A stretch of DNA of 64,000 nt. Source: Candidatus Geothermarchaeota archaeon. GTDB lineage: Archaea; Thermoproteota; Nitrososphaeria; Geothermarchaeales; JDFR-13. Where the stretch lies: the NCBI GenBank assembly GCA_015523545.1, contig WAKB01000005.1:8897-72896 (forward strand), read 5' to 3'. Below, in pieces: positions 8,653-18,797 of this stretch (position 1 is its first letter; each line of letters opens with the position of its first letter). The notes beneath the pieces are model-generated. The model had not been told where the DNA came from. It saw nothing but the letters and a program-made list of their open reading frames with translations, and ran no database searches. Made by a program: the position numbers and the translations under genes.

Positions 8653-10422
8653 TCAAGCCCTCTTGCTTAGTAACCAGTCCAAGACATAGTCCTCATTATT
8701 ATCAGTCCTAACCTCTACAGGTATGTTCTTATACTTCGTGGCTACATGGCTCATGAATAGCCACTCCCCCATGTCATAGGCCTGTACCTTATCGATGATC
8801 GACTTACTGATGGAGAATGCATCAGCGACGACCGACCTATCATATGTCCTGGGCAGGGTGGAGACGAAGTATGTGTGGAGCTGCTGCATAATACTAGTGT
8901 TTAGATGGGCGACACGCTGAGTCACTATCCAGCCGCCAACCCCATACTTCCTCCCCTGCCTAAATAGCTTCTCAAGAGCAAGGTTAGAACGATCCATGTT
9001 CCTAGCACCCCTACTCTCACGGGAGATGAACTCATGCGCCTCATCAACCACGAACAAAACCTTCCTACCGAGGCCGGCCGTCTTCTTGAGTAGGAAGATC
9101 TCGTCGATCAGCCTGGCTATATATTCCCGGGCCAGGAAGTCCTCCGGTATGTAGAGTAGGTATAGCCGCTCCTCCCCATTGTATAGGATCCGGCGAGCAA
9201 ACTTCCTTATAGTCTCGTAATCCTTCTCAACCTCTTCTGGTGGCTCCTGGATCAAGGCTATCAGTGATTCGAGCTTAATCCTCACAGTACTCCTCTGGTT
9301 TAGTGGATTAGCCACCTCTCTCAAGGTCTCCAGGACATCTCGATGCATGTCTTCATAGTTCTCCTTGAAGGTCTTTAGATCCATCCTCCTATCCATCTCG
9401 TAGAGGCTCCTCACAAGCTCCCTAAGCTTTACACGCCCATCCAAGGTTAGCTTATCAGCATCACGCAGGACAGAGTTGATCTCACCTATTACAGACTCTA
9501 TCGTCACCTCATCATCCTCTAGGTATAGCTTCTTAGTCGGGATATTCATGAGTATGTCGCGGACGATCTTGGGGTCTAGCCCTTTCTCAGCCATCCTCTG
9601 CTGGAGGGTCTCCGGATAAACCACCGTCTCCCTAAAACTGTCTATTGGTGTGGAGGGGTCTAGATAGATCGCCCCATACCTCTCCAGCATATCGATGATG
9701 TTTATCGGGTACTCGCCAGTAATGTCTAGGACCACGGCTACAAGGTCATCCACGGTATCCATAATCTTCCTGAGGAGGTTGGAGGTTAGGTTGGACTTCC
9801 CCGTACCGGTGTAGCCGAATATACCGGTGTGGTATCTATGTAGGGTGCTTATATCTATCTTGGCCGGGACTTCATATCCCTTCACCCTTCCTACCTCCAC
9901 TGTATAGCTACCCTCCTTGTTCACGAGGTATTGGTAGGTCGATGCTGATAGGAGGTGCGCCCTACTACCTGTGAGTGGTGTCAAGAGCTTCCTCATCACC
10001 ACCCTATCCCTGTTTATCAGGTAGCCGGTGTTCACCGCCCTTACAGCCATCCAGTTATTCCCATCCTCGTGGAACCAGCTCTCCTCAATATTCTCCAGGA
10101 CATATTCCTGTAGCTTATAGGGTAGTGAGACCCCGACACTCCCCATCTCCATGTGTAGCGGCATGATATCGGCTACGTCGAATATTATGAACCAGTCCTC
10201 ACCGTTATACCTCCTCTCAACACCTATGAGGATGGGGTCGTGGAGCCTGTCGAAGACCTCGATCTGGAAGGGCGCCACTATATATGCAAGGCCCTCCGAG
10301 ACCCCCATCTTCCCCTCCTTATCAGTTGGGTTCTGCACGGTGTAGGCCGCTATCCTGGCGTCGAACTTCTCGTCCAACACGTCGAATAGTGGTTCTACAC
10401 CCTCCACTTCCTTCCCCACCAT
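8653..10422 (-). CDS. HerA-like (FtsK/HerA superfamily, DUF87) ATPase
   Basis: Walker A GYTGTGKSN, Walker B VLFVVDEAHEF (HerA-type DEAH) and GRKYGVGGWIVTQR (arginine-finger region). There is an N-terminal beta-rich (HAS-barrel-like) region and a helical insert of about 230 aa between Walker A and B. The ATG lies 2 nt after the stop of the NurA-like gene. Confidence 0.8.
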   Translation of the reverse strand: MVGKEVEGVEPLFDVLDEKFDARIAAYTVQNPTDKEGKMGVSEGLAYIVAPFQIEVFDRLHDPILIGVERRYNGEDWFIIFDVADIMPLHMEMGSVGVSLPYKLQEYVLENIEESWFHEDGNNWMAVRAVNTGYLINRDRVVMRKLLTPLTGSRAHLLSASTYQYLVNKEGSYTVEVGRVKGYEVPAKIDISTLHRYHTGIFGYTGTGKSNLTSNLLRKIMDTVDDLVAVVLDITGEYPINIIDMLERYGAIYLDPSTPIDSFRETVVYPETLQQRMAEKGLDPKIVRDILMNIPTKKLYLEDDEVTIESVIGEINSVLRDADKLTLDGRVKLRELVRSLYEMDRRMDLKTFKENYEDMHRDVLETLREVANPLNQRSTVRIKLESLIALIQEPPEEVEKDYETIRKFARRILYNGEERLYLLYIPEDFLAREYIARLIDEIFLLKKTAGLGRKVLFVVDEAHEFISRESRGARNMDRSNLALEKLFRQGRKYGVGGWIVTQRVAHLNTSIMQQLHTYFVSTLPRTYDRSVVADAFSISKSIIDKVQAYDMGEWLFMSHVATKYKNIPVEVRTDNNEDYVLDWLLSKRA

Positions 10423-10424
10423 GG

Positions 10425-12233
10425 CTACCGCCTCCTATGCTCAACCCTAGCACGGAACTCCCTAAACCTCCATGGGAGCATGAATGTCTTCGACTCCCTC
10501 ATAATACTGTAGATCCTACCCTCCATCAGGCGGGAGACCCTGTCCCTAATAACCCGGATCATTCGCTTCACCTCCTTATCAGCTAGGAAGAGGAGGTAGT
10601 TATGGCCAGCCGCCTCTAGGGGGAGGGGCTTGTCAAACATGGATAGGATGTAGAGGATCGCGTTGTCAAGAGGGTTATACCCTCCATCACCATCCTCGAT
10701 GTATAGCTCTACACCCACCCTACTCTCCTTCGTGGGCCGCCTCCTCCTGAAAACCACCTCCTCCCTCCTTACGAACTGGTTGTCAGGCTCCCGTGGGAGG
10801 TAGAACCTGTCGAAGAAGAATATAGGACTCCTCATCCTCACGTCACCCCTGACCCACTCCCTAAGCTGGAAATACTGCCGTATCAAGAACCGGGGAGGCG
10901 GGACAGCCCCCCTGGGCGCCTCTAGACCAGTCCTATACACCAGTGCTGAGAATACATTGTCGTATCCGACCGACCTCCACGGCATGGGTAGATCCTCCGG
11001 CTGCCTAGCCGATATCAGTGTGAATAGGTTCCTATCCGTCCTGGCTATCCTGGTCAGCTGCTCCGACCCCCGCAGACCACCCAGGTATGGGGCTACAGAC
11101 CTGATTATATCTGTAACAGCCGTGTCCTTACCCATACCTATAACAAGCTTATCACTACTCCTCACAATCTCGGCCAGCCTATAGATCTCCACTATGCCTA
11201 TGAGGCTTAGATCAGCCACCGTTACAGGCCTACCCTTCACGTATAGGGGGTGCTCCACCGCCCCACCCCCGAATAGCTCCTCTAGGAAGCCGTCGCACAC
11301 CCTGGATACACGGGTCCAATAGTCCTTCACACCGCTTGCCAGGGCTAGGCTGTTATGCATCACGTCCTCAACCAACATGTTGAATAGCTCCTTCCCCAGA
11401 TTCCTCTCCAAACGACTGAGAAGCTTGTCTATCCTAGGAGATGTAGGTATCACCCTCCCAAGCTCCCTAAGATCAACAATGCCATCCTCATCCGCAAGGC
11501 TCAGCATACGGTCGACTACATAGGCAAGCTTCTGGCCGGGTATGTACTGGAGGCCTAGGAAGCCCGGCCTAGGACCTATGTGGAGTGTGAGGTAGATATC
11601 GATCGGCTGTATAGCCTCTCCACCCATAGCATCCCCGTCCGTGAATACCCAGTCCCAGTCCTTGTCAAGCATATCCCTGAGATTCCTGGAGTATGGCCCA
11701 TAGGTACTGGCTATAGGCCTATCGAGGAAGACGATCTTAACATCATCCCTCTCCAGGGACTTCCTAGCTATGTAGAACTCCCCAACCGTCATAACAGCGT
11801 TGGGGATGCTCTCTATAGTCCCCTTTACAGACCTCTCCTCCAGTGCAGAGCCGAAACCACTGGCCTCCACGGAATCCTCTAGCGAGTAGGGCACGACCTT
11901 ATAGATACTCTCCCTCGCAGAGATGTCCGACTCATCGAGCTTGACACCTATACCGTCACGGCTAACAGTGAACCTCGCCTCAGCGGTGGCGACGGCTATA
12001 AACATGGTTATTATGTCAAGCGCCACCGAGTGGTCCATACTACCGTCTATACCTATCGCTGTATACTCGCCCTCGCCCCACAGCCTATATAGGTAATTCT
12101 TTGCAGCCGCCTCGTCCAGCGTCCTAGTGAGGCGTGACGTATCTACCCTGCCCTCTACCCTCTCCAAGGAGGTTCTGAAACGATTCTCGAGGAACTGGAT
12201 CCCCCTCTTAAACTCATCAACGTCCCAGGACAT
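10425..12233 (-). CDS. NurA-domain nuclease-like protein, unusually long (602 aa)
   Basis: TAIGIDGSMDH matches the first catalytic (I/V)DGS motif of NurA nucleases. It is immediately upstream of, and coupled to, the HerA-like ATPase. A TATA-like AAACTAAATATATTT lies about 25 nt upstream of the ATG at 12233. Confidence 0.6.
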   Translation of the reverse strand: MSWDVDEFKRGIQFLENRFRTSLERVEGRVDTSRLTRTLDEAAAKNYLYRLWGEGEYTAIGIDGSMDHSVALDIITMFIAVATAEARFTVSRDGIGVKLDESDISARESIYKVVPYSLEDSVEASGFGSALEERSVKGTIESIPNAVMTVGEFYIARKSLERDDVKIVFLDRPIASTYGPYSRNLRDMLDKDWDWVFTDGDAMGGEAIQPIDIYLTLHIGPRPGFLGLQYIPGQKLAYVVDRMLSLADEDGIVDLRELGRVIPTSPRIDKLLSRLERNLGKELFNMLVEDVMHNSLALASGVKDYWTRVSRVCDGFLEELFGGGAVEHPLYVKGRPVTVADLSLIGIVEIYRLAEIVRSSDKLVIGMGKDTAVTDIIRSVAPYLGGLRGSEQLTRIARTDRNLFTLISARQPEDLPMPWRSVGYDNVFSALVYRTGLEAPRGAVPPPRFLIRQYFQLREWVRGDVRMRSPIFFFDRFYLPREPDNQFVRREEVVFRRRRPTKESRVGVELYIEDGDGGYNPLDNAILYILSMFDKPLPLEAAGHNYLLFLADKEVKRMIRVIRDRVSRLMEGRIYSIMRESKTFMLPWRFREFRARVEHRRR

Positions 12234-12282
12234 CTACACCGTGGATAATCATGGCCCATGAAATATATTTAGTTTTTCCTGC

Positions 12283-13305
12283 TCAGGGTATCCAGCGATC
12301 CACATATCTAACCATGTTCTGTAGGACGGCTATCCTAGAGGGTGGATAGTCATCCATGTACCTGAAGCCGTCGAGCCTCCTAAGAATCTTCCTCGCATAT
12401 CTACGTATCTCCTCAATACTCATCATGTTAGACTTCCTAAGCCTCTTCGTCGAGTAGCCCAGATGCATATAGCTCTTAACCTCTATGAAGTGTGGATTAG
12501 CTATCTCGAGGAGCTCCACATACTCGGGGACATACTCGTCAAGGGCATTCACATCCTTAATCATAGTCATCCTGATAACGGTTCTCGTATCAACCTCGCT
12601 CAACAGCTCCAACGTCCTCATATACCTCTTCCAGGCATCGGGGTATAGAGGCTTATCCACCCGCCTCATAACCTCCTCATTAGGCGCCGACATCGATATG
12701 TACAGCTGTGTAGGCAGTGCATCCTCATCCATCATCCTCTTAATCATGTCTGGCTGGAGGCCGTTCGAGACTATGTAGATAGACCTGGTCGATGGGAGGC
12801 TCTTCAGATACTTTATAAGCTCGGGTAGGCGTGGATAGAGAGTGGGCTCCCCTGAGAGGGAGATAGCGTAGTGCGTCGGCTCCCTAGACTCCTCCAACTT
12901 CCTGAAGTCGACCCCAGGCATACCTGGATATCCACTCATCAGCCTACTCCTCTCCCTCATCAGGCCATCCATTATGGATATGGGGTCGTCAACCTCGTCA
13001 AACCCCATATCAACCTTCTTCATAAACTCCATGGGCCTCCAGCAGAAGATACACTTCATGGTACACATCATCCCGGCGGGGCTGAACTCTATACATCTAT
13101 GGCTATCTATACCGTAGAATACCCTCTTGTAGCATACACCCTCATTCTTAACACTCTTCTTGGTCCAGTGGCAGACCTCCACGGTCGAGTGGTTATACAC
13201 GCCATAATGAGCCTTCAACAACTGGTTAACAATCCTCTCCGGGATCTTTATCACACTGCTCTGGGACATTTCCATATATATTATATGGACAGGGCTTAAA
13301 AGCAT
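12283..13305 (-). CDS. taw1: tRNA wyosine-derivative biosynthesis radical-SAM enzyme TYW1/Taw1
   Basis: Radical-SAM cluster CTMKCIFCWR, plus the upstream Cys region HSTVEVCHWTKKS...CYK...HRCIEFSP typical of TYW1. Start uncertain (ATG at 13305, 13275 or 13269). Confidence 0.85.
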   Translation of the reverse strand: MLLSPVHIIYMEMSQSSVIKIPERIVNQLLKAHYGVYNHSTVEVCHWTKKSVKNEGVCYKRVFYGIDSHRCIEFSPAGMMCTMKCIFCWRPMEFMKKVDMGFDEVDDPISIMDGLMRERSRLMSGYPGMPGVDFRKLEESREPTHYAISLSGEPTLYPRLPELIKYLKSLPSTRSIYIVSNGLQPDMIKRMMDEDALPTQLYISMSAPNEEVMRRVDKPLYPDAWKRYMRTLELLSEVDTRTVIRMTMIKDVNALDEYVPEYVELLEIANPHFIEVKSYMHLGYSTKRLRKSNMMSIEEIRRYARKILRRLDGFRYMDDYPPSRIAVLQNMVRYVDRWIP

Positions 13306-13315
13306 TGAGGAAGGG

Positions 13316-14476
13316 TTAGGAGACGAGGATCAGCGCGGCTATAGCCGCCAAGTCAGATAGTGAGGTGACCACGGGGATAACTAGGTTGTCGGGATCGAGG
13401 CCACGCATAAAGACCGCTATCGACATGACTAGGGAGAAGACTCCAAGTAGGGTCATCGCAATAATCGATGAGAGGAGTAGGCGTAGAGGCTCCAGGGGAT
13501 GGGCCACGATCACCACTGGTGAGACGCTTAGACCAGCCACTATCGCCGCGGGTATTAATAGTGGGGCGACAAGCCTAGACACCACCCCTAGAGAACCTAT
13601 ATACTCGCCCAGGTGTAGAAGGGTAGTCGCCCTTGAGGCGAGGGCGGCGGCGAAGCTCCCTACGAGGCTAAGGATGGCTGGGACAACCATATAGATATAC
13701 GGCCTATCCACAAGCGTCTCCCAGAAGCCCCCTAGTATAAACCCACCCATGCCAGATGAGAGGGCCACCATGAGGAGGGACAGGAGGGACTCAGCCACAC
13801 CCCTCCTAACAACACCTCTCTCAGCATAGGAGTATAGCCTGATAGCCAGGAGAGTATATAGTAGTAGGGACAGGGCGGCGACGAGCCATAGAACCTCCGG
13901 ATGCATTACGGTAACAGAGACCAGTAGGAGGCTGGTCACGACGTCGGAGAAGTTGCTCGCCACTGGGTAGAGCATGATATCAGGGTCCCAACCCCTCCTG
14001 AAAATCACCGCCCCGAGAACCACGTTTATAGGCAGGGTCAAGGCCATACTGAGGATCACGACGTAGCTTGTTACCAGGAATATCCTAGCCAGGTCTGTAG
14101 ACCCGGTAAGTACATATTCAGCAGCAGAGCCGGCAAGGGTGGAGAGTAGGACGACTATGTAGCTATCAATGATGACCGCCAGGAGGTGGCCATAGAACAC
14201 CGGTGTGTTACGCCTGAGACCTGGATACATACTACCTAGGTGGAGGCCCGAGGAATACCCCCCGCTAAAGATCCCTGTCAAGGCGCCACGGAAGCTAAGC
14301 ATCATAGGGAGTATGATGACCAGGCCTTGGTCCAGCCCAGGGCTATATAGGTAGAGTAGGAGGCCGGAGACGATGTTAAGGAGGGAGGCGGAGAAGGATG
14401 CCAGGCCCTGGATAAACTCCCCCCTATCCAAAGAGGCCACCCCTGAACATAATACGCATAGACATAGTGTACACAC
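13316..14476 (-). CDS. MgtE-like divalent-cation transporter, membrane domain duplicated (SLC41-like)
   Basis: About 10 TM segments. Two copies of the MgtE signature are present: DPDIMLYPVASNFSDVVTSL and DPDNLVIPVVTSLSDLAAIA. The Cys-rich N-terminal extension in the track is probably not translated. Confidence 0.7.
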   Translation of the reverse strand: MCTLCLCVLCSGVASLDRGEFIQGLASFSASLLNIVSGLLLYLYSPGLDQGLVIILPMMLSFRGALTGIFSGGYSSGLHLGSMYPGLRRNTPVFYGHLLAVIIDSYIVVLLSTLAGSAAEYVLTGSTDLARIFLVTSYVVILSMALTLPINVVLGAVIFRRGWDPDIMLYPVASNFSDVVTSLLLVSVTVMHPEVLWLVAALSLLLYTLLAIRLYSYAERGVVRRGVAESLLSLLMVALSSGMGGFILGGFWETLVDRPYIYMVVPAILSLVGSFAAALASRATTLLHLGEYIGSLGVVSRLVAPLLIPAAIVAGLSVSPVVIVAHPLEPLRLLLSSIIAMTLLGVFSLVMSIAVFMRGLDPDNLVIPVVTSLSDLAAIAALILVS

Positions 14477-14600
14477 CGCCCCCCTCCATCAAGCCCCGAT
14501 CTACATGACAACACCCATACAGGTCATCTGGGCCCTGCTATAAGCCGTGGACACCAAATTATTATTGTAGCCATAGATTCATATGGCGAGGGTGTAGAAG

Positions 14601-15779
14601 TTGGGCCGGAGGCTAGGGTACAGCCCCAAACCTGTGGCGGAGCTCCTAAGGGAGCTAAAGGACCTGTCACAGCTCATGATGAGCCTATCCTACTGCAGCC
14701 TATTCTTCGGAGACCCCTCCCTCTACAGGGAGATAAGCCATCTAGACGATAGGGTGGACTACCTGAGGAGCCTATTGATAATGCAGGCGGCACTAGCCAC
14801 CAGGGATAGGGAGGACGCCGAGAGGATGCTCTCAGTCTTCGACATGGCCTCGGCAGTAGATAAGATAAGTGAGGTGGCTAAGGACATATCAGAACTCACC
14901 CATGACAGGCTGAGGATAGAGCTGGGAGACTATGTTATGAGGAACAGCAGGACAAACTTCGTCTACACACTAAGGATCACTGGGGACAGCCCCTTCAGAG
15001 ACAGGTCCATAGAGAGTGCCTACGACATGGTGGGAGAGATATTCGACATGGTAGCTATAAGGAGGGGGGAGGACTACATACTCTCACCCGGGGAGGACGT
15101 GGTTCTCAGGGAGGGAGACGTCATCTACATCAAGGGATTGGCCGAGACAATCAGGAGGATAATATCTATGCATGGTGAGAGGAGCGGCGGCGGTGTGAGG
15201 CTGGACCCGGAGAAGCTGGAGGGCATACTCTATGTGAAGAACCTAAGCGAGTTCATGGTTGACATAGCCTACGGAGCCCTCTTCACAGGCTCAGAGGAGC
15301 TTGCCCAGGAGCTAGAGTCTCTAGAGGATGGGATAGACCAGGTGACGAAGGATCTAAAGACAGGCGTCATAGCAGATAGGGAGATTAGTGATAAGGAGAA
15401 GCTAGCCCTCATAGAGTTTATAGACTCCTGTGAATACCTCGGAGACGCCGCACTAGACATGACCTACAGCCTAAGGATGGGTATCCCGCCACACCCAATT
15501 ATAGAGACAATACTTGAGACCACGGATGAGAGGTATAGGCTCCTAAGGATCCCTAGGGAGCTGGCCGGGAAGGAGCTGGCCGACCTCGGCCTCACAAAGC
15601 TGGGGGTAGACATATTAGCGATAAAGGTCGGGGGATACTGGTACCTCAACCCCCCGGTCAAGGGGTATAGGCTCAGAGGTGACGAGCAGATAGTCATACA
15701 GTACTTCGAGGAGGCGGAGGACGAGGTGGCCCAGCTGGTCGAGAGGCTAGGCCTCAGCCAGCCTCCTCGGCAGGCCTGA
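14601..15779 (+). CDS. PhoU-like / TrkA-C (RCK_C) domain protein
   Basis: N-terminal PVAELLRELKDLSQLMMSLSYCSLFF (PhoU-like helices, repeated once more) alternates with two TrkA-C-like beta domains (ILSPGEDVVLREGDVIYIKG; YRLRGDEQIVIQ). It is divergent from the MgtE-like gene. TTG is the only possible start. Confidence 0.65.
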   Translation: MGRRLGYSPKPVAELLRELKDLSQLMMSLSYCSLFFGDPSLYREISHLDDRVDYLRSLLIMQAALATRDREDAERMLSVFDMASAVDKISEVAKDISELTHDRLRIELGDYVMRNSRTNFVYTLRITGDSPFRDRSIESAYDMVGEIFDMVAIRRGEDYILSPGEDVVLREGDVIYIKGLAETIRRIISMHGERSGGGVRLDPEKLEGILYVKNLSEFMVDIAYGALFTGSEELAQELESLEDGIDQVTKDLKTGVIADREISDKEKLALIEFIDSCEYLGDAALDMTYSLRMGIPPHPIIETILETTDERYRLLRIPRELAGKELADLGLTKLGVDILAIKVGGYWYLNPPVKGYRLRGDEQIVIQYFEEAEDEVAQLVERLGLSQPPRQA

Positions 15780-16995
15780 CCCAGAGGACCAGCCCCTCAA
15801 CCTTCTCCACAACAACCTCGCTATCCTTCGGGATGTATACGTCGGACCTGGCTGTCCAGTCATCACCAGCGACGTGTACGATACCAGGTTTACCAGGCAC
15901 TATATCCGACTTAGCCACCCCCCTCATACCCACCAACCTACTCTTCTCCAAGGGGCTCTCCCTCATCGCAAGGGTCTCCCTAATCTTGTGGAGGTAGAAG
16001 CCGAAGAACCCCACACCAGCTATTAGGAGTATCATCCCACCTATCACGAGGAGACGCATATTTAGGGTCCATATGAAGTACTCCCCCCGGTAGAGGAGCA
16101 GTATCCCCAGGATCGTCATGATAGCGCCGGCAACCGCGAGCTCCCCCTCCCCGAACCACGTCTCCATAACTATTGCGAAGGCCCCGATCAACATGAGTAT
16201 AACCGCCGTGGAGTCAGCCCCTAGGATACCTAGGCCTAGGAATGCCATGACTAGTAGGGCAGCCGCCACCACCATACCTATGTAGGTCGGGTTGAACAGT
16301 TCGATCAGGATGAGGAGGGCCGCTATATTAAGGAGTATGCCTAGGATGAATGGGTCTGTCAGCATCGCTAGGAGATGGCTACGGGCATCCTTCTCAACAT
16401 ACTCCACGGGCCTACCTGATAGCCCAAGTATATCTAGGAGCTCCGCCAGATCACCCACCAATAGATCAGCAACGCCTAGGCGGAGAGCCTCCTCAGCCGG
16501 TAGGTTAAGGTTCTCAAGAACCATGAGCCTGGCAGCTGTGACGTTCCTACCACGGGCCTCTGCAATACTCTCTATCCAAGCCACCATAGCGTTCAGGACC
16601 TTTGGATCAACGTTACCCGATAGATCCCTAGGCTCCGCCGAGCCTATCGACGAGCCTGGGCCCATGGCCAACGTCTCAGCCGATAGCGAGATATACACCC
16701 CTGCAGAGAAGGCGAAGCCACCCCTTGGGACGAAGACAGTCACGTTGGCGCCCGACTCTAGAATAGCGGTCACGATATCCTGTGTAGGCTTCAGATACCC
16801 CCCATTAGTCCTGAGGTAGATGATGACTGGCTCACCAGGATCCGATGCATATAGATGCCTAGCCACCAGGTCTCCATATCCACCGTCTATCGTACCGTCT
16901 ACCACTATCACCTTTATAGGCTCTGAGGGCTGGCCCCACACTCCTGTCAATGCCAGTATAAAGATTAGGATTAGGAGGGCAGGGGCCTTAGCCAT
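15754..16995 (-). CDS. NfeD-type membrane-bound ClpP-class serine protease
   Basis: Signal peptide, ClpP-like domain (GGFAFSAGVYISL), central TM block and C-terminal NfeD OB domain (GVAKSDIVPGKPGIVHVAGDDWTARS). It is directly downstream of the stomatin gene. Confidence 0.85.
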   Translation of the reverse strand: MAKAPALLILIFILALTGVWGQPSEPIKVIVVDGTIDGGYGDLVARHLYASDPGEPVIIYLRTNGGYLKPTQDIVTAILESGANVTVFVPRGGFAFSAGVYISLSAETLAMGPGSSIGSAEPRDLSGNVDPKVLNAMVAWIESIAEARGRNVTAARLMVLENLNLPAEEALRLGVADLLVGDLAELLDILGLSGRPVEYVEKDARSHLLAMLTDPFILGILLNIAALLILIELFNPTYIGMVVAAALLVMAFLGLGILGADSTAVILMLIGAFAIVMETWFGEGELAVAGAIMTILGILLLYRGEYFIWTLNMRLLVIGGMILLIAGVGFFGFYLHKIRETLAMRESPLEKSRLVGMRGVAKSDIVPGKPGIVHVAGDDWTARSDVYIPKDSEVVVEKVEGLVLWVRPAEEAG

Positions 16996-17000
16996 GGGGG

Positions 17001-17891
17001 CTAACCCCTCTTCTCTAGAAACTTCTTCACATCCTCTATGAGCTTCGTCACCTCCATTGGCAGGACGATCTTGGTAGACTCTCCCTTAGCCACCTCCTTT
17101 AGAGTGTCTAGGTACTGGAGGATCATCGTGTTCTTATCAAGCTCTCTCGCCACCTCCAATATCTTGGCCAGGGCGAGTGCGTATCCCTCAGCCCTCAGTA
17201 TCATCGCCTGCCTCTCACCCTCAGCCCTTAGAATCGCGCTCTGACGCTCACCCTCAGCCACCTTGATGGCAGACTCCTTCCTACCCTCCGCCTCGGTAAC
17301 CATCGCCCTCCTGTTACGCTCCGCACTCATCTGACGAATCATAGCGTCCTGCACCTCCCTCGGAGGAGTAATCTCCCTGATCTCCACCAGCGTTACCTTC
17401 ACGCCCCACTTCTGAGTAACCTCGTCGAGCTTCACCCTGAGGATATTGTTTATCTCCTCCCTCTTAGCCAGGACGGAGTCCAGCTCTATATCGCCTATCA
17501 CAGCCCTAAGCGTGGTCGTTGCGACGCCTGTAGCAGCACCCTTGAAATCCCTGACGTTCAGCACACTCTCCAGCGGGTCTACAACCTTGAAGTATATGAG
17601 GAAGTCTATATCTACTGGTGCGTTATCCTTGGTGATACATGTCTGCTTAGTAACCTCGATATACTGCTCCCTAAGATCCACCTTTACAGGCACGTCGATG
17701 AAGGGTATGAGGAAGATTAGGCCCGGTCCCTTCACACCGATAGCCCTACCAAGCCTGAAAACAACTATCCTCTCATACTCCCTAACCACCCTTATCGATG
17801 CCCGTATCAATAACGCCAGGAATATGATGATTACGATCGCGAGTATTAGGCTACCAATATCTATAACGGCCTGGAGAACCATCCACTCCAT
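17001..17891 (-). CDS. Stomatin/prohibitin-family (SPFH, band 7) protein
   Basis: N-terminal TM, SPFH core (VREYERIVVFRLGR...VDLREQ) and C-terminal Ala/Glu-rich coiled coil. Classical stomatin-NfeD operon arrangement. Confidence 0.9.
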   Translation of the reverse strand: MEWMVLQAVIDIGSLILAIVIIIFLALLIRASIRVVREYERIVVFRLGRAIGVKGPGLIFLIPFIDVPVKVDLREQYIEVTKQTCITKDNAPVDIDFLIYFKVVDPLESVLNVRDFKGAATGVATTTLRAVIGDIELDSVLAKREEINNILRVKLDEVTQKWGVKVTLVEIREITPPREVQDAMIRQMSAERNRRAMVTEAEGRKESAIKVAEGERQSAILRAEGERQAMILRAEGYALALAKILEVARELDKNTMILQYLDTLKEVAKGESTKIVLPMEVTKLIEDVKKFLEKRG

Positions 17892-17951
17892 AGCAGATCT
17901 ACCAAAAGATATGTAGTTATCCGGCGATTTAAGGGGGTCTGTATACCTTGT

Positions 17952-18797
17952 CTATGTACGGAACATCATCGGCTCCGCATCTACATATTTCATCCCGTGT
18001 CTCCCAGCTATCTCGGAGAACCTGCTTACCACATCCCTATACCATTCGTAGAGCTCCCTCCTACCAAGCCCCCTATAGAGCTCCACCAGATCCGGCCTAT
18101 AATCTTCCAACGCCCCTAGTAGACGCTCCCTAACACCCACCTTGAAGCGTAGAATATCCGTGTATATCGTGTCTACACCCCTGTTCAAGGCATCCAGAAC
18201 AACCTCCTCGAACATGGCGGGATCGTCGTTGAGCCTAGGCATTACCGGGGCATAGTAGACCCATGTCTCCACACCCCTCTCCGAGAACCGCTCCAGCATC
18301 GCAACCCTAGCCCATGGGGCCGGAGTCCAAGGCTCTAGGATCCTCCAGAACCTCTTGTCGTATGACGGTGCCGACGTACCTATATCCGCTGGCCCGGCCA
18401 CTATAAGGTCTAGATCCCTGAGGACGAGGGGATACCTAGTCTGTATCGATAGGTGTAGATCCCGCCTCCACCGTAGAACCTTGATAACCCTCCTGGTAAG
18501 CCTAGTCCTAGCCTCCAGGGGCTGATAAGGATCTATATAGGTGCCTATACCTATGACCGCCCCCTTCTCGAACCTATCAAGCTTCTTAGCCAGCTCACGG
18601 GGGAGGTACATCTTCGCCTCTATATACTCGCCCCAGTCATACCCCACCCCCCTTATCTTGAAGTACTGGATGGAGTAGCAGTATCTACAGCCCCCCTCAC
18701 ATCCGAAGTATGGGTTTATGCTATAGTCCATCTCGGGGAGGGGTGTCCTATGGAGGTAGTAGCTACCCCTAATCCTCTCCCTATATACCGGGGTCAA
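17952..18797 (-). CDS. Radical-SAM protein of the SplB / DNA-photolyase-like group
   Basis: INPYFGCEGGCRYCYS (CxxxCxxC). Start is TTG 18797 (4-nt overlap with the nreA stop) or ATG 18731. Confidence 0.7.
   Translation of the reverse strand: MTPVYRERIRGSYYLHRTPLPEMDYSINPYFGCEGGCRYCYSIQYFKIRGVGYDWGEYIEAKMYLPRELAKKLDRFEKGAVIGIGTYIDPYQPLEARTRLTRRVIKVLRWRRDLHLSIQTRYPLVLRDLDLIVAGPADIGTSAPSYDKRFWRILEPWTPAPWARVAMLERFSERGVETWVYYAPVMPRLNDDPAMFEEVVLDALNRGVDTIYTDILRFKVGVRERLLGALEDYRPDLVELYRGLGRRELYEWYRDVVSRFSEIAGRHGMKYVDAEPMMFRT

Noticed and set aside
16292-16819. 175-aa antisense ORF inside the NfeD gene
   Set aside because: Same reasoning: an Arg/Ser/Pro-rich low-complexity translation opposite a gene with clear domain structure.
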